From: Candidatus Latescibacterota bacterium
GTDB taxonomy: Bacteria > Latescibacterota > UBA2968
Assembly (NCBI GenBank): GCA_965222605.1
Contig: OZ244960.1
Location: forward strand, 3,360,001 to 3,424,000
DNA: 64,000 nt
Direction: 5' to 3'
A program made the translations under genes and the position numbers. The notes below the pieces were generated by a model that did not search any database, had not been told where the DNA came from, and saw only the letters and a program-made list of their open reading frames with translations. Below are positions 19,877 to 28,382 of this stretch, piece by piece; within the stretch, counting starts at the first letter, position 1; each line of letters opens with the position of its first letter.

Positions 19877-20638
19877 TTGAAAATTTTATTGACCAATGAC
19901 GACAGTTTGGATTCTCCTCTGTTTCTGTTTGCAGTGGAGTATTTTCAGGCGGTGGGAGATGTGAAAGCCGTGGTGCCTGCCGAAGAGCAGAGTTGGAAAG
20001 GCAAGGCGATGACGCGGTTTGGCACACGTCATGTCGAACCGTTGGATGGTTTTGTGTGTGAGACTTATGCGTTTTCGGGGACGCCAGCGGATTGCGCGAA
20101 TTTTGGTATTTATCATTTGTTTGATGGCGGCAAGCCCGATCTGGTGATTTCGGGTATTAATATGGGCAGCAATGCGGGATTGAGTTTCGCGCTTTCATCG
20201 GGTACGATTGGAGCAGGTTTAGAAGCCAATATCGCGGGGTTGCCGGCTGTGGCATTGTCACAGGTTTTGCCCAGACAGGTGTTTCGGCAGTGGGTTGAGC
20301 AGCGCGCTATGCAACCCAATGTGCTGGAACGGCTGTTAGAAAAGTGTCGCGCGATGTTGCACCGGGTATTTGCGTTTTTGAACGATCGGACAGATTTTCT
20401 GTCTGATCCAGTGACGTGGAATGTGAATATGCCGGCTGAACTATCTGATGACTGGCGCGTTGTACCAACGGTGCTTGGACATACGTTTTACACTTCGTGT
20501 TTTGAGGCATCAGAAGACGGTTATTATCACAATATCGATCAGCCAGAGGTAGAAGAGCGCGCGGGTACAGATGGTATGGTTTTGCGCGAAGGACATGTGA
20601 GTGTTACGCGATTGGATATTCGCACGCTGGGGCAATAA
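19877..20638 (+). CDS. surE: 5'/3'-nucleotidase SurE
   Basis: ILLTNDD, GTPADC, ISGINMGSN, SGTIGA. Confidence 0.88.
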   Translation: MKILLTNDDSLDSPLFLFAVEYFQAVGDVKAVVPAEEQSWKGKAMTRFGTRHVEPLDGFVCETYAFSGTPADCANFGIYHLFDGGKPDLVISGINMGSNAGLSFALSSGTIGAGLEANIAGLPAVALSQVLPRQVFRQWVEQRAMQPNVLERLLEKCRAMLHRVFAFLNDRTDFLSDPVTWNVNMPAELSDDWRVVPTVLGHTFYTSCFEASEDGYYHNIDQPEVEERAGTDGMVLREGHVSVTRLDIRTLGQ

Positions 20639-20651
20639 CTGGGAGATTAAA

Positions 20652-21527
20652 ATGGGTGATTTTGTGGGCGTAGTACCTGCTATTGCGACGCCAATGGGGC
20701 AAGACGGACGGTTTAACGAAGAGGTGTTTCGCAAAATTGTAGAATTTAATATCGAAGCCGGTGTTCACGGTTTTTGGGTTGCGGGAGGTACTGGCGAGAG
20801 TGTGTTGCTGGACGATGATGAAAATATGCAGGTTGCATCGGCGATTGTGGATCAATCGAATGGGCGTGCAAAAGTTATTATGCATGTGGGCGCGCCAACA
20901 ACAGATCGCGCAGCGCGATTGGCCGAGCACGCAGCGCGCGTGGGTGCAGATGCGCTGTGTTGTGTGCCGCCATTTTTTTATCGGCGCGATGACGACGATA
21001 TTGCCGAGCATTATCGGATTGTGGCAGGTGCTGCAGATCTGCCGCTTTTTGTGTACAATTTGCCGGGTGCAACAGGCGTGGAAATTACGCCGGGGATGAT
21101 GGCAAAAATTCAAGACCGAGTGCCGCAACTGAAGGGGTTAAAGCATTCGGCACTGACGTTTGCAAATGTACGGACGTTTGCCGAGATGGGGTTGTCGTGT
21201 TTTATAGGCAATCATCGGTTGATGTTGCCGGCGATGACAATTGGTGCGTGTGGGTGTGTGGATGGGCCGTTGAATGTGTTTCCCGAATTGTGGGTGGCGA
21301 TCTGGAAAGCGTATCGGGCAAGTGATTTGAAGGCGGCAGAGGCAGCACAGGATAAAGCGTCGCGTGCTTATGAGGCGTTGAGTGCCGGCGGTGGCTTTCA
21401 TTCGGTGATCAAGGTGGCGTTGAGTGCGCGATTGGGGGTCAATTGTGGAGATCCGAGGTCTCCGGGGCGACCGGCGAGCGATGCACAACGCGCGCAGATT
21501 GTGGAAACCGTGAAGCGTTTGATTTAA
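20652..21527 (+). CDS. DHDPS/NAL-family class I aldolase
   Basis: GGTGES, YNLPGATG, GLKHS Schiff-base lysine. Confidence 0.9.
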   Translation: MGDFVGVVPAIATPMGQDGRFNEEVFRKIVEFNIEAGVHGFWVAGGTGESVLLDDDENMQVASAIVDQSNGRAKVIMHVGAPTTDRAARLAEHAARVGADALCCVPPFFYRRDDDDIAEHYRIVAGAADLPLFVYNLPGATGVEITPGMMAKIQDRVPQLKGLKHSALTFANVRTFAEMGLSCFIGNHRLMLPAMTIGACGCVDGPLNVFPELWVAIWKAYRASDLKAAEAAQDKASRAYEALSAGGGFHSVIKVALSARLGVNCGDPRSPGRPASDAQRAQIVETVKRLI

Positions 21528-21572
21528 GTGCTCAGATAAGTATCTCAAAAACTTATATCAGAGATAAATCCA

Positions 21573-22262
21573 ATGGCCGATCAGACGATTTTGCTGGTTG
21601 AAGACGATAGGGAATTGGCGGAATTGACGCGCAATTTTTTGCAGAATGAGGGATTTGTGGTCTGGCACGAGTCCGAGGGCAAGGCTGCGCGAGACCGCAT
21701 CTTGGCTTCCCCACCCGATCTGGTCATTTTGGATATTATGTTGCCGGGTATGAACGGATATACCGTATGCCGGGAAGTGCGTCCAGAATACAATGGGCCA
21801 ATTTTATTTTTGACGGCTCGAGATGAAGAATTAGATGAAATGTTGGGTCTGGAGATAGGTGGTGATGATTATGTGACCAAACCCGTGCGACCCCAATTGC
21901 TTTTGGCAAGGGTGCGCGCATTGCTGCGCAGAGCTGTTAGCAAACCGAGTTCTACAGCTTCAAAGCGGGTGAGGGTGGGGGATCTATTGGTAGATGCAAA
22001 TCGGCGGGAGGTCAGGGTGGGAGCGCACGTCGTTGATGTTACGACTTATGAATTTGATTTGCTCTATTATCTGACCAATCGAGCAGGTGAAGTGGTGAGT
22101 CGGCAGGATATTTATCAGGCGTTATTTAACTACGATTACGATGGATTGGATCGCAGTGTGGATGTGTACATCTCTCGTCTCCGCCAAAAGCTCGGCGGAG
22201 ATAATTCGACATCTGTTTCGATCAAAACCGTGCGCGGTGTGGGTTATCTTCTGGCAGGGTAA
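21573..22262 (+). CDS. OmpR-family response regulator (RstA/CpxR-like)
   Basis: LVEDD, LDIMLP, DDYVTKP, RSVDVYISRLRQKL. Confidence 0.93.
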   Translation: MADQTILLVEDDRELAELTRNFLQNEGFVVWHESEGKAARDRILASPPDLVILDIMLPGMNGYTVCREVRPEYNGPILFLTARDEELDEMLGLEIGGDDYVTKPVRPQLLLARVRALLRRAVSKPSSTASKRVRVGDLLVDANRREVRVGAHVVDVTTYEFDLLYYLTNRAGEVVSRQDIYQALFNYDYDGLDRSVDVYISRLRQKLGGDNSTSVSIKTVRGVGYLLAG

Positions 22263-22288
22263 AGTGTGATTATGCGAGCGAGTGACCG

Positions 22289-23692
22289 ATGAGAAAACAA
22301 TTTATCCGTATTTATGCGGGCATTGTCGTTGTTTTGCTTTTGAGTGCGTTTGGACTTTTGGCAATGTCAAAGCAGTGGGTAGCTTCTGTCCGGCAGGCTG
22401 ATTTTGAGGATAAAACACAGGCACTTATCGCAATGGTGCGCGAGGAACTCGAGGCTGTGGATTCGGATCCCGTGGCGCAATTGCTGGTGCTCAATATGTT
22501 TAGTTTGACGCACCGCATGCCCATTACACTGGAGTCTTTGTTAGTCTTGCCGCTTTCTTCGGCTGAGAAAAGTCGTTTGAAAGCGGGAGAGGTTGTGACT
22601 ATTTCTGTAGAGGAAAGATTGCAGACATACCGGATGGCACCCAATGGCGATGTTATTGTGTTGGGGCCATACCTTCTCGCCGAGATGATTCGGTGGCAGG
22701 ATAATTTGATTGATGCTGGAGATGCTCAGGAAGATGGCGGCAATTTATTTTTTGATATTGACCGGCGTGTGTTTAGTGAGATTGATGTTTTCTTTTTTGG
22801 CATTTTGATCGCGATTTTGTTGGGTATAGGTGGGGCAATTTATTTTTTAATCCGACCTTTTGAACGTCGAATTTACGCATTGTCGGATGCTGCTGAACGA
22901 TTTGGAAAGGGTGATTTGAGTAGCCGATCTCCGGTTGTGACGGGCCATGCCGTAGCGAATTTGGCGCGCAGTTTCAATGGCATGGCGGATCGCATTGAAG
23001 GTTTAGTAGATGGACAGCGGGAGCTTTTAAGATCTGTGTCGCATGAACTGAGAACGCCTCTGGCACGTATTTTTTTTCTTCTCAATCAATTAAAAAATAA
23101 TGGTGTCTCAGAGGATCGGCATACGGATATTCAGCGCATTGAACGCTCGGTGTATGAACTCAATGATCTGGTTGAAGAATTGATGGATTTTGCTCGATTA
23201 GACCGGGATATTTCACATCGCACGGAAATAGATGTGTATGCACAAATGCGAGAACTGCCCGAAATGGTCGCAGAATTGCGCCGGGATATTTCTGTGCATA
23301 TTGACAGTGAACATCTGATAGTCTGGGCAAATGCGACGCATTTCAAACGCGCGCTTACCAATTTGGTTACCAATGCCGTGCGGCATGCCGAGCGCCATAT
23401 CTGGATCACGGGAAAAAAAGTGGATGAAATGGCTCATATCATTGTGGAGGATGACGGCTGTGGTATTCCCGAACATTTGAGAGAGAAAGTATTTGAGCCT
23501 TTTTATCGGGTAGATAAAAATTCCAATAGTGGCGGTACGGGTCTGGGGTTGGCGATTGTGAAGCGCATTGTGATGCAAAACGAAGGGCAGGTGCAGGTGG
23601 AGAACAGGGCACAGGGAGGGGTGAGGTTTACGTTGATTTTTCCGCTTGAAAAAAAAATAAAGACGGGCCGGGCAGAACTGGTGTCGGGATGA
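22289..23692 (+). CDS. HAMP sensor histidine kinase (RstB/CpxA-like)
   Basis: Two TM segments, HAMP, SHELRTP, NLVTNA, DDGCGI, GTGLGL. Confidence 0.93.
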   Translation: MRKQFIRIYAGIVVVLLLSAFGLLAMSKQWVASVRQADFEDKTQALIAMVREELEAVDSDPVAQLLVLNMFSLTHRMPITLESLLVLPLSSAEKSRLKAGEVVTISVEERLQTYRMAPNGDVIVLGPYLLAEMIRWQDNLIDAGDAQEDGGNLFFDIDRRVFSEIDVFFFGILIAILLGIGGAIYFLIRPFERRIYALSDAAERFGKGDLSSRSPVVTGHAVANLARSFNGMADRIEGLVDGQRELLRSVSHELRTPLARIFFLLNQLKNNGVSEDRHTDIQRIERSVYELNDLVEELMDFARLDRDISHRTEIDVYAQMRELPEMVAELRRDISVHIDSEHLIVWANATHFKRALTNLVTNAVRHAERHIWITGKKVDEMAHIIVEDDGCGIPEHLREKVFEPFYRVDKNSNSGGTGLGLAIVKRIVMQNEGQVQVENRAQGGVRFTLIFPLEKKIKTGRAELVSG

Positions 23693-23738
23693 GCAATTAT
23701 ATTTTCAACCCTTGTGGTATTTTCAGGAAATGGCCGAT

Positions 23739-24470
23739 ATGAAACGGTATTTAATCGCTATACTTTTGATGATTGCAATGCTGTGGTGCGATGCGGTTGC
23801 CAGGGCGCAAGAAAAGCAAGAGGAATCGCCGCCGGCTTTTGTCGATGAAAATGGCGACGGTATTGATGATCGCGTGACCTTCCGCCATCGTCAAAGTCTG
23901 CGATCTCGGGGAAGTGCGCTGTTGTGGGTGCTTTCAGCACCATTGACAAAAGCGCAGCGAATAGCTCTGCAGATCAGGATCAATGAATTACTCGCGGGAG
24001 GGGCAACACCCCGTGAGATTAGAAGGGCTATTTTTGCCGAACTCGAGGGTTTTGGCGTCGATTTAACAGAAACATTTTTGACGCGATTGAATGCGGTGTT
24101 GACAGAAGATCAGATGTCTGCACTTCGCAAAAAGGCCGAGGCTCTAAAGGCGAATGGCGCGACCTATTACAGGATTTACAGAGAGATACGCGACGAGTTG
24201 GCTGTTATGGGAATTAATTGGGATAGGCAGAGACCCGATTACTATAATTCTCTGTTGACAGAAGGCCAGAGGTCTGCGCTCCAAAAAAAAATCGACAAAC
24301 TGGTTGCCGATGGTGCATCTCGTGTTGAAATTCAGAAAGCCATTAACGCAGAGTTGGAAGAGATAATGCGGCGCAATAGACGTAGAAGTCGCACTTCGGG
24401 TGACCGCGATGGCCCTCCGTCGAGATTATCTGAGGAAAAAAAAGGAAAAAGCAGAAAGAAGGGAAACTGA
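23739..24470 (+). CDS. Secreted protein with three LTxxQ helical repeats and a DxNGDG loop
   Basis: Signal peptide (..AVARA), FVDENGDGIDD, repeats LTKAQR/LTEDQM/LTEGQR. Confidence 0.7.
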   Translation: MKRYLIAILLMIAMLWCDAVARAQEKQEESPPAFVDENGDGIDDRVTFRHRQSLRSRGSALLWVLSAPLTKAQRIALQIRINELLAGGATPREIRRAIFAELEGFGVDLTETFLTRLNAVLTEDQMSALRKKAEALKANGATYYRIYREIRDELAVMGINWDRQRPDYYNSLLTEGQRSALQKKIDKLVADGASRVEIQKAINAELEEIMRRNRRRSRTSGDRDGPPSRLSEEKKGKSRKKGN

Positions 24471-24471
24471 A

Positions 24472-26859
24472 TCAATCCGAGAGGGGAAAAAGCGTTTCAA
24501 ATATTTTGTCCGTTCGGTTTCGCCAACTCGCCCAACCAGCACCATCGTTTACTTCGCCTCCAGTAAAGGTATAACCTCTCTTTTTTAGTAGTTGGGCAAA
24601 CGATGTTGTGCTCTTGCCCAGATCATTTCCCTCCATTGGGCTTCGCAAGTCGTATTTTCCCCAGTCCAGATAAATATCTATGGGCATTTGTTTTGTTGCC
24701 TGAAAGATCAGGTCTGCATCTTTGGCTTCTGCGGTCTGATCCCAGGATAGGGATTGTATGCCTATCTTGCCAAATATGTCGGGATGTGTAAAGGTTGCAT
24801 AAAACGCCATAAATCCGCCGTAAATTGTCCCTATATTTGCCCGGCTTTCGCGATTTTTGATCGTGCGATATGTCTGGTCGATGTAGGGCACGATCTCACC
24901 TGCAAAAATCCGATTGTACGCATCGCGTTTTGCCCCCACGTACTCTGAGTATCCACCCCTGAAGAGAGATGGAATAAAAACCGCGATTACGGGGCGCACG
25001 CGCTCGCCGATTAGATTGTCCAGCGAAATATTCATTTTTCCCAGTGACCACTGCCGGCGCGCAGCGTGAACATAAGCAACGGGGTATTGTTCATCGCTTT
25101 TATCGTAATCCGCTGGGAGGTAGATTTCCAATTTGTGCTGTCCCTCAATTTCCGCACTTTCAAAACGTATGGTATCAATTTTGCCGTGAATACCATCTCG
25201 TCGCGCTTTGAGATGGTCGGGAGTTTGCCAGCGCGGCATGCCGAAATAGGAAGCGCGGCTAAAGAAGAGGGATCGAATTTGTCGCGGGTTGAGTGGGTCG
25301 GGGATGGATCGCTGTAAGTCCAGCGTGTAGCGATAGGTGATGCGGGCGTCGGGTTCGAGTTGTGCAGTGGAATAGAAGAAATCCGTTCCCTCAATTCGGT
25401 GCATGGGGTGGTCATATCGCCGCCCTACGTGATCCCCGGTTATGGTCGCGTCTTCCGCTTTGCCGCGATATACAAAATGTACGAGATTCTCGCCTTCGAG
25501 GATTGGAAAGGTCTTCTGTTTTGCCATGAATTGATCGATCCGCGTTTTCTTGTCTGCGGATTGTTTTACTTCTTCGACAAATTGTGCGAAGCGCGAGTTT
25601 GGTGCGATGTTATCTGTGTCTGATTCTGCCACTTGTGTTTTTGGTACGATTTCGATACAGGCGACTTCCGACATGCTGCGCGCATAAAACCTGCTATTGG
25701 CCAGGGTGGCATGTGACCAAACAATGTCGTCGAAGAGTTTCAACCGGGCTGTTTCGCGGTACTTTTCGCCCGAAGCCTGCGCGACTGCGAGGTTGCCTTC
25801 TTTTGTCATGATTACGAGGTGGTTATCTATGATGATGGGCAGGCCATCGCCCGGCTCGCGCGATCGCCATAAGCGTTCTCCGGTGTTTGCATCAATGCAT
25901 GTGAGGATGCGACCGTTGTATCCAAACAGAAGTCCTGCGTTAAAAACCGCATAGCTGTACGTCCCCCGAATGTGGCGCGTCCGCCAGATTTCCTCTGCGG
26001 CAAAGGTTTCGTTATTGGCTCTCAAGCCGATTAGCATGCCGCCGTTTTTCACAAAATATCGCCCTTCGCCAATCTCGACGGGATGTCCGCTGGTATTTCC
26101 CGCGCCGGTCTGCCCGCGATGTGCAAATTGCCACAGGATTTCACCGGTTTCGGGAGATAGGCCCGCGAGATATTTATTGCCGAAAAAGACGAGGTGTTTG
26201 CGGTTGTCAAAGGCGAATAAGCCCGGCGATTGGTAGTTGACCGAGTCGCTAAATGCCGACCAGATCAAATCGCCAGATGCGGGATTATAAGCCGATACCG
26301 CATGTGTTCCCCCTGTTTGAACGATCAGGCGATTGTCGTGTAAAATTGGAGATGAGGTAAAGCCCCAAAATGGCACTGTGGCACGATGGTTTGCGACGAG
26401 ATCTATCGCCCAGAGTTTTTCTCCTGTATTTGCATTGAGCGCGAACAGATTTCCCCGAGGGCCTAATGCGATGACTTTGTCTTCTGTCAATATCGGCGTT
26501 GATAGGGGACCGCTCTGCGAGCCGTAGTGACCGAGATATGCGGTGCCGATTTTGTATTTCCATCGTTGTGATCCATCTTCTGTATTGAGGCCGATGACGT
26601 AATCAAAGGTCTCGTCGGAATACATGGTTACAGCGAGGTCGCCGAGAACCGAGATGGGTGAGTAGCCGGGACCGAGGGGCTTTTTCCAGACGATTTTCAG
26701 CGCGTAGGGTTGGTCAGAGGGGAAGATGCCCGCGTCGTTGACTCGGAAGTCTCTATTGGGTCCGCCCCAATTCGTCCAGTCCGCTTTCGCGTCTGTCGAT
26801 TGAAATAAGAAAACAATAAAAAAAAGTATGATCACGCGACTGTTCATTGCTTTTCCCAT
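24472..26859 (-). CDS. Secreted PQQ-like beta-propeller fused to a Fes-like alpha/beta hydrolase
   Basis: Signal peptide, DWTNWGGPNRD, repeated xGxxxW motifs, then YLP..Y....YPV and esterase fold. Confidence 0.8.
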   Translation of the reverse strand: MGKAMNSRVIILFFIVFLFQSTDAKADWTNWGGPNRDFRVNDAGIFPSDQPYALKIVWKKPLGPGYSPISVLGDLAVTMYSDETFDYVIGLNTEDGSQRWKYKIGTAYLGHYGSQSGPLSTPILTEDKVIALGPRGNLFALNANTGEKLWAIDLVANHRATVPFWGFTSSPILHDNRLIVQTGGTHAVSAYNPASGDLIWSAFSDSVNYQSPGLFAFDNRKHLVFFGNKYLAGLSPETGEILWQFAHRGQTGAGNTSGHPVEIGEGRYFVKNGGMLIGLRANNETFAAEEIWRTRHIRGTYSYAVFNAGLLFGYNGRILTCIDANTGERLWRSREPGDGLPIIIDNHLVIMTKEGNLAVAQASGEKYRETARLKLFDDIVWSHATLANSRFYARSMSEVACIEIVPKTQVAESDTDNIAPNSRFAQFVEEVKQSADKKTRIDQFMAKQKTFPILEGENLVHFVYRGKAEDATITGDHVGRRYDHPMHRIEGTDFFYSTAQLEPDARITYRYTLDLQRSIPDPLNPRQIRSLFFSRASYFGMPRWQTPDHLKARRDGIHGKIDTIRFESAEIEGQHKLEIYLPADYDKSDEQYPVAYVHAARRQWSLGKMNISLDNLIGERVRPVIAVFIPSLFRGGYSEYVGAKRDAYNRIFAGEIVPYIDQTYRTIKNRESRANIGTIYGGFMAFYATFTHPDIFGKIGIQSLSWDQTAEAKDADLIFQATKQMPIDIYLDWGKYDLRSPMEGNDLGKSTTSFAQLLKKRGYTFTGGEVNDGAGWASWRNRTDKIFETLFPLSD

Positions 26860-26861
26860 TT

Positions 26862-27371
26862 TTATTTTTGTCGCCAGATTTCCCAGACGAGGTGAGATAG
26901 TTCGGGTACGATGAGTTTTTCCATAGCGAGTTGCACGGCGCCAGATGATCCCGGCATGCAGAAGATCATGGTGTCTTTGTACACGCCTGCTACGGCGCGC
27001 GAGAGCATGGCGCCCGAGCCGATGTCTTCCCAGGAGAGAAAGCGAAATACTTCGCCAAATCCGTCGAGGCGTTTTTCGAGGAGGCTTGTGACGGCTTCAT
27101 AGGTGGTGTCGCGCGCGGCAATGCCGGTGCCGCCATTGGTGAGGATGACGTGGCATTCGCCTTTTGAGGCGATTTGTTTGATGAGCGCGCGTATCTGGTC
27201 GGCTTCGTCTTTGACTACGCGGTAAAACGCAATGCTGTGACCGGCGGCTTCGACCAGTTCTTTTATGATTTTGCCACTTTTGTCGTCGGCTTCGGTGCGC
27301 GTGTCGCTGATGGTGAGTACTGCACAGGTGACGGGGTCTTTGGCCTGCTCTATGTGATCTGTGTAAGGCAT
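26862..27371 (-). CDS. moaB: Molybdenum cofactor biosynthesis protein B
   Basis: LTISDTR, DKSG, TNGGTGIAARDTT, AMLSRA, MPGS. Confidence 0.92.
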   Translation of the reverse strand: MPYTDHIEQAKDPVTCAVLTISDTRTEADDKSGKIIKELVEAAGHSIAFYRVVKDEADQIRALIKQIASKGECHVILTNGGTGIAARDTTYEAVTSLLEKRLDGFGEVFRFLSWEDIGSGAMLSRAVAGVYKDTMIFCMPGSSGAVQLAMEKLIVPELSHLVWEIWRQK

Positions 27372-27404
27372 GGGGAACTCCAGGGTGAAAGACGATAAAA
27401 AGGA

Positions 27405-28178
27405 TCACGATAGACCCATGGCGCGGAGGTTGTCGTAGCTGATTTTGAGGCTGTCAAAGGGGTCGCGGTCATAGCAGCGGTCTTGTTCGACGATGTACCA
27501 GCGCGTGCCAGATTCGCGGCCGGCTTCAAAGATGGCGGGCCAGTTGAGGTTGCCTTCGCCGACTTCTGCAAAGCGGGTTTCGCGGCCTTCAATGGCCATG
27601 TCTTTGACGTGGATGAGGTCTATGCGGGTGTTGGCTTTGCGGATCCATTCGGCGGGGTCGGCCCCTCCTGCCTGGACCCAATATACGTCGATTTCGAGTT
27701 GTACCGCTTTGGGGTCTGTTTCCTGGAGGATGATTTCAAGGGCGGTGCGGTTGCCGAATTTTTGAAATTCAAAGTTGTGGTTGTGATACGCAAAGGTCAG
27801 GCCGGCGTCGGCGAGTTTGCGACCGACTTCGGTAGCGTCTTTGGCAAAGCGGATATAACCGGCTTCGCCGTCTTCCCGATAAGACGGGGGCAGGCTGCCG
27901 ATGGCGGGATATTGGCAGTTCCAGAGGTGGTGTTCGTCTATCACGGCTTGTGTGTCGTCGCGCATGCGGTCAAAGCCGGTGTGTGTGGCACAGATTTCAA
28001 TGTCGTTGTCATCGGCTATTTGTTTGAGTTCTGCAGGTTCAATGGGACCAAAGCCGGAGACTTGCATGGCGTCGTAACCAATGGCTTTTACTTTTTTCAC
28101 AGATTCGACAATGTCTTCAAGGGTTTTGGTAAAGTCGCGCACGGTGTACATTTGTGCGGCGATCATGGTGTGTGGCAT
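27405..28178 (-). CDS. Sugar phosphate isomerase/epimerase (xylose-isomerase-like TIM barrel)
   Basis: Start MPHTMIAAQMYTVR after AAGGAG; YHNHNFEF, EIDVYW, HVKD, VEQD. Confidence 0.88.
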   Translation of the reverse strand: MPHTMIAAQMYTVRDFTKTLEDIVESVKKVKAIGYDAMQVSGFGPIEPAELKQIADDNDIEICATHTGFDRMRDDTQAVIDEHHLWNCQYPAIGSLPPSYREDGEAGYIRFAKDATEVGRKLADAGLTFAYHNHNFEFQKFGNRTALEIILQETDPKAVQLEIDVYWVQAGGADPAEWIRKANTRIDLIHVKDMAIEGRETRFAEVGEGNLNWPAIFEAGRESGTRWYIVEQDRCYDRDPFDSLKISYDNLRAMGLS

Positions 28179-28382
28179 GGGAGGCTCCTTGGATGGAAGT
28201 GAGGAACGGTGTACAACTGGTCGCTGTCCAGACCAGTTTACTGTGAAGGGTGAAACATAATATAGACTGGGCATTGATGCCAGAATTTTGTGTATGGGAT
28301 TTTTCTGGATTGTTGCGGGGTGAACGTTTATTTTAGAATTGTTCCGTATGACGATCTGTTTATCACTGGCTGGGGAGAGATT

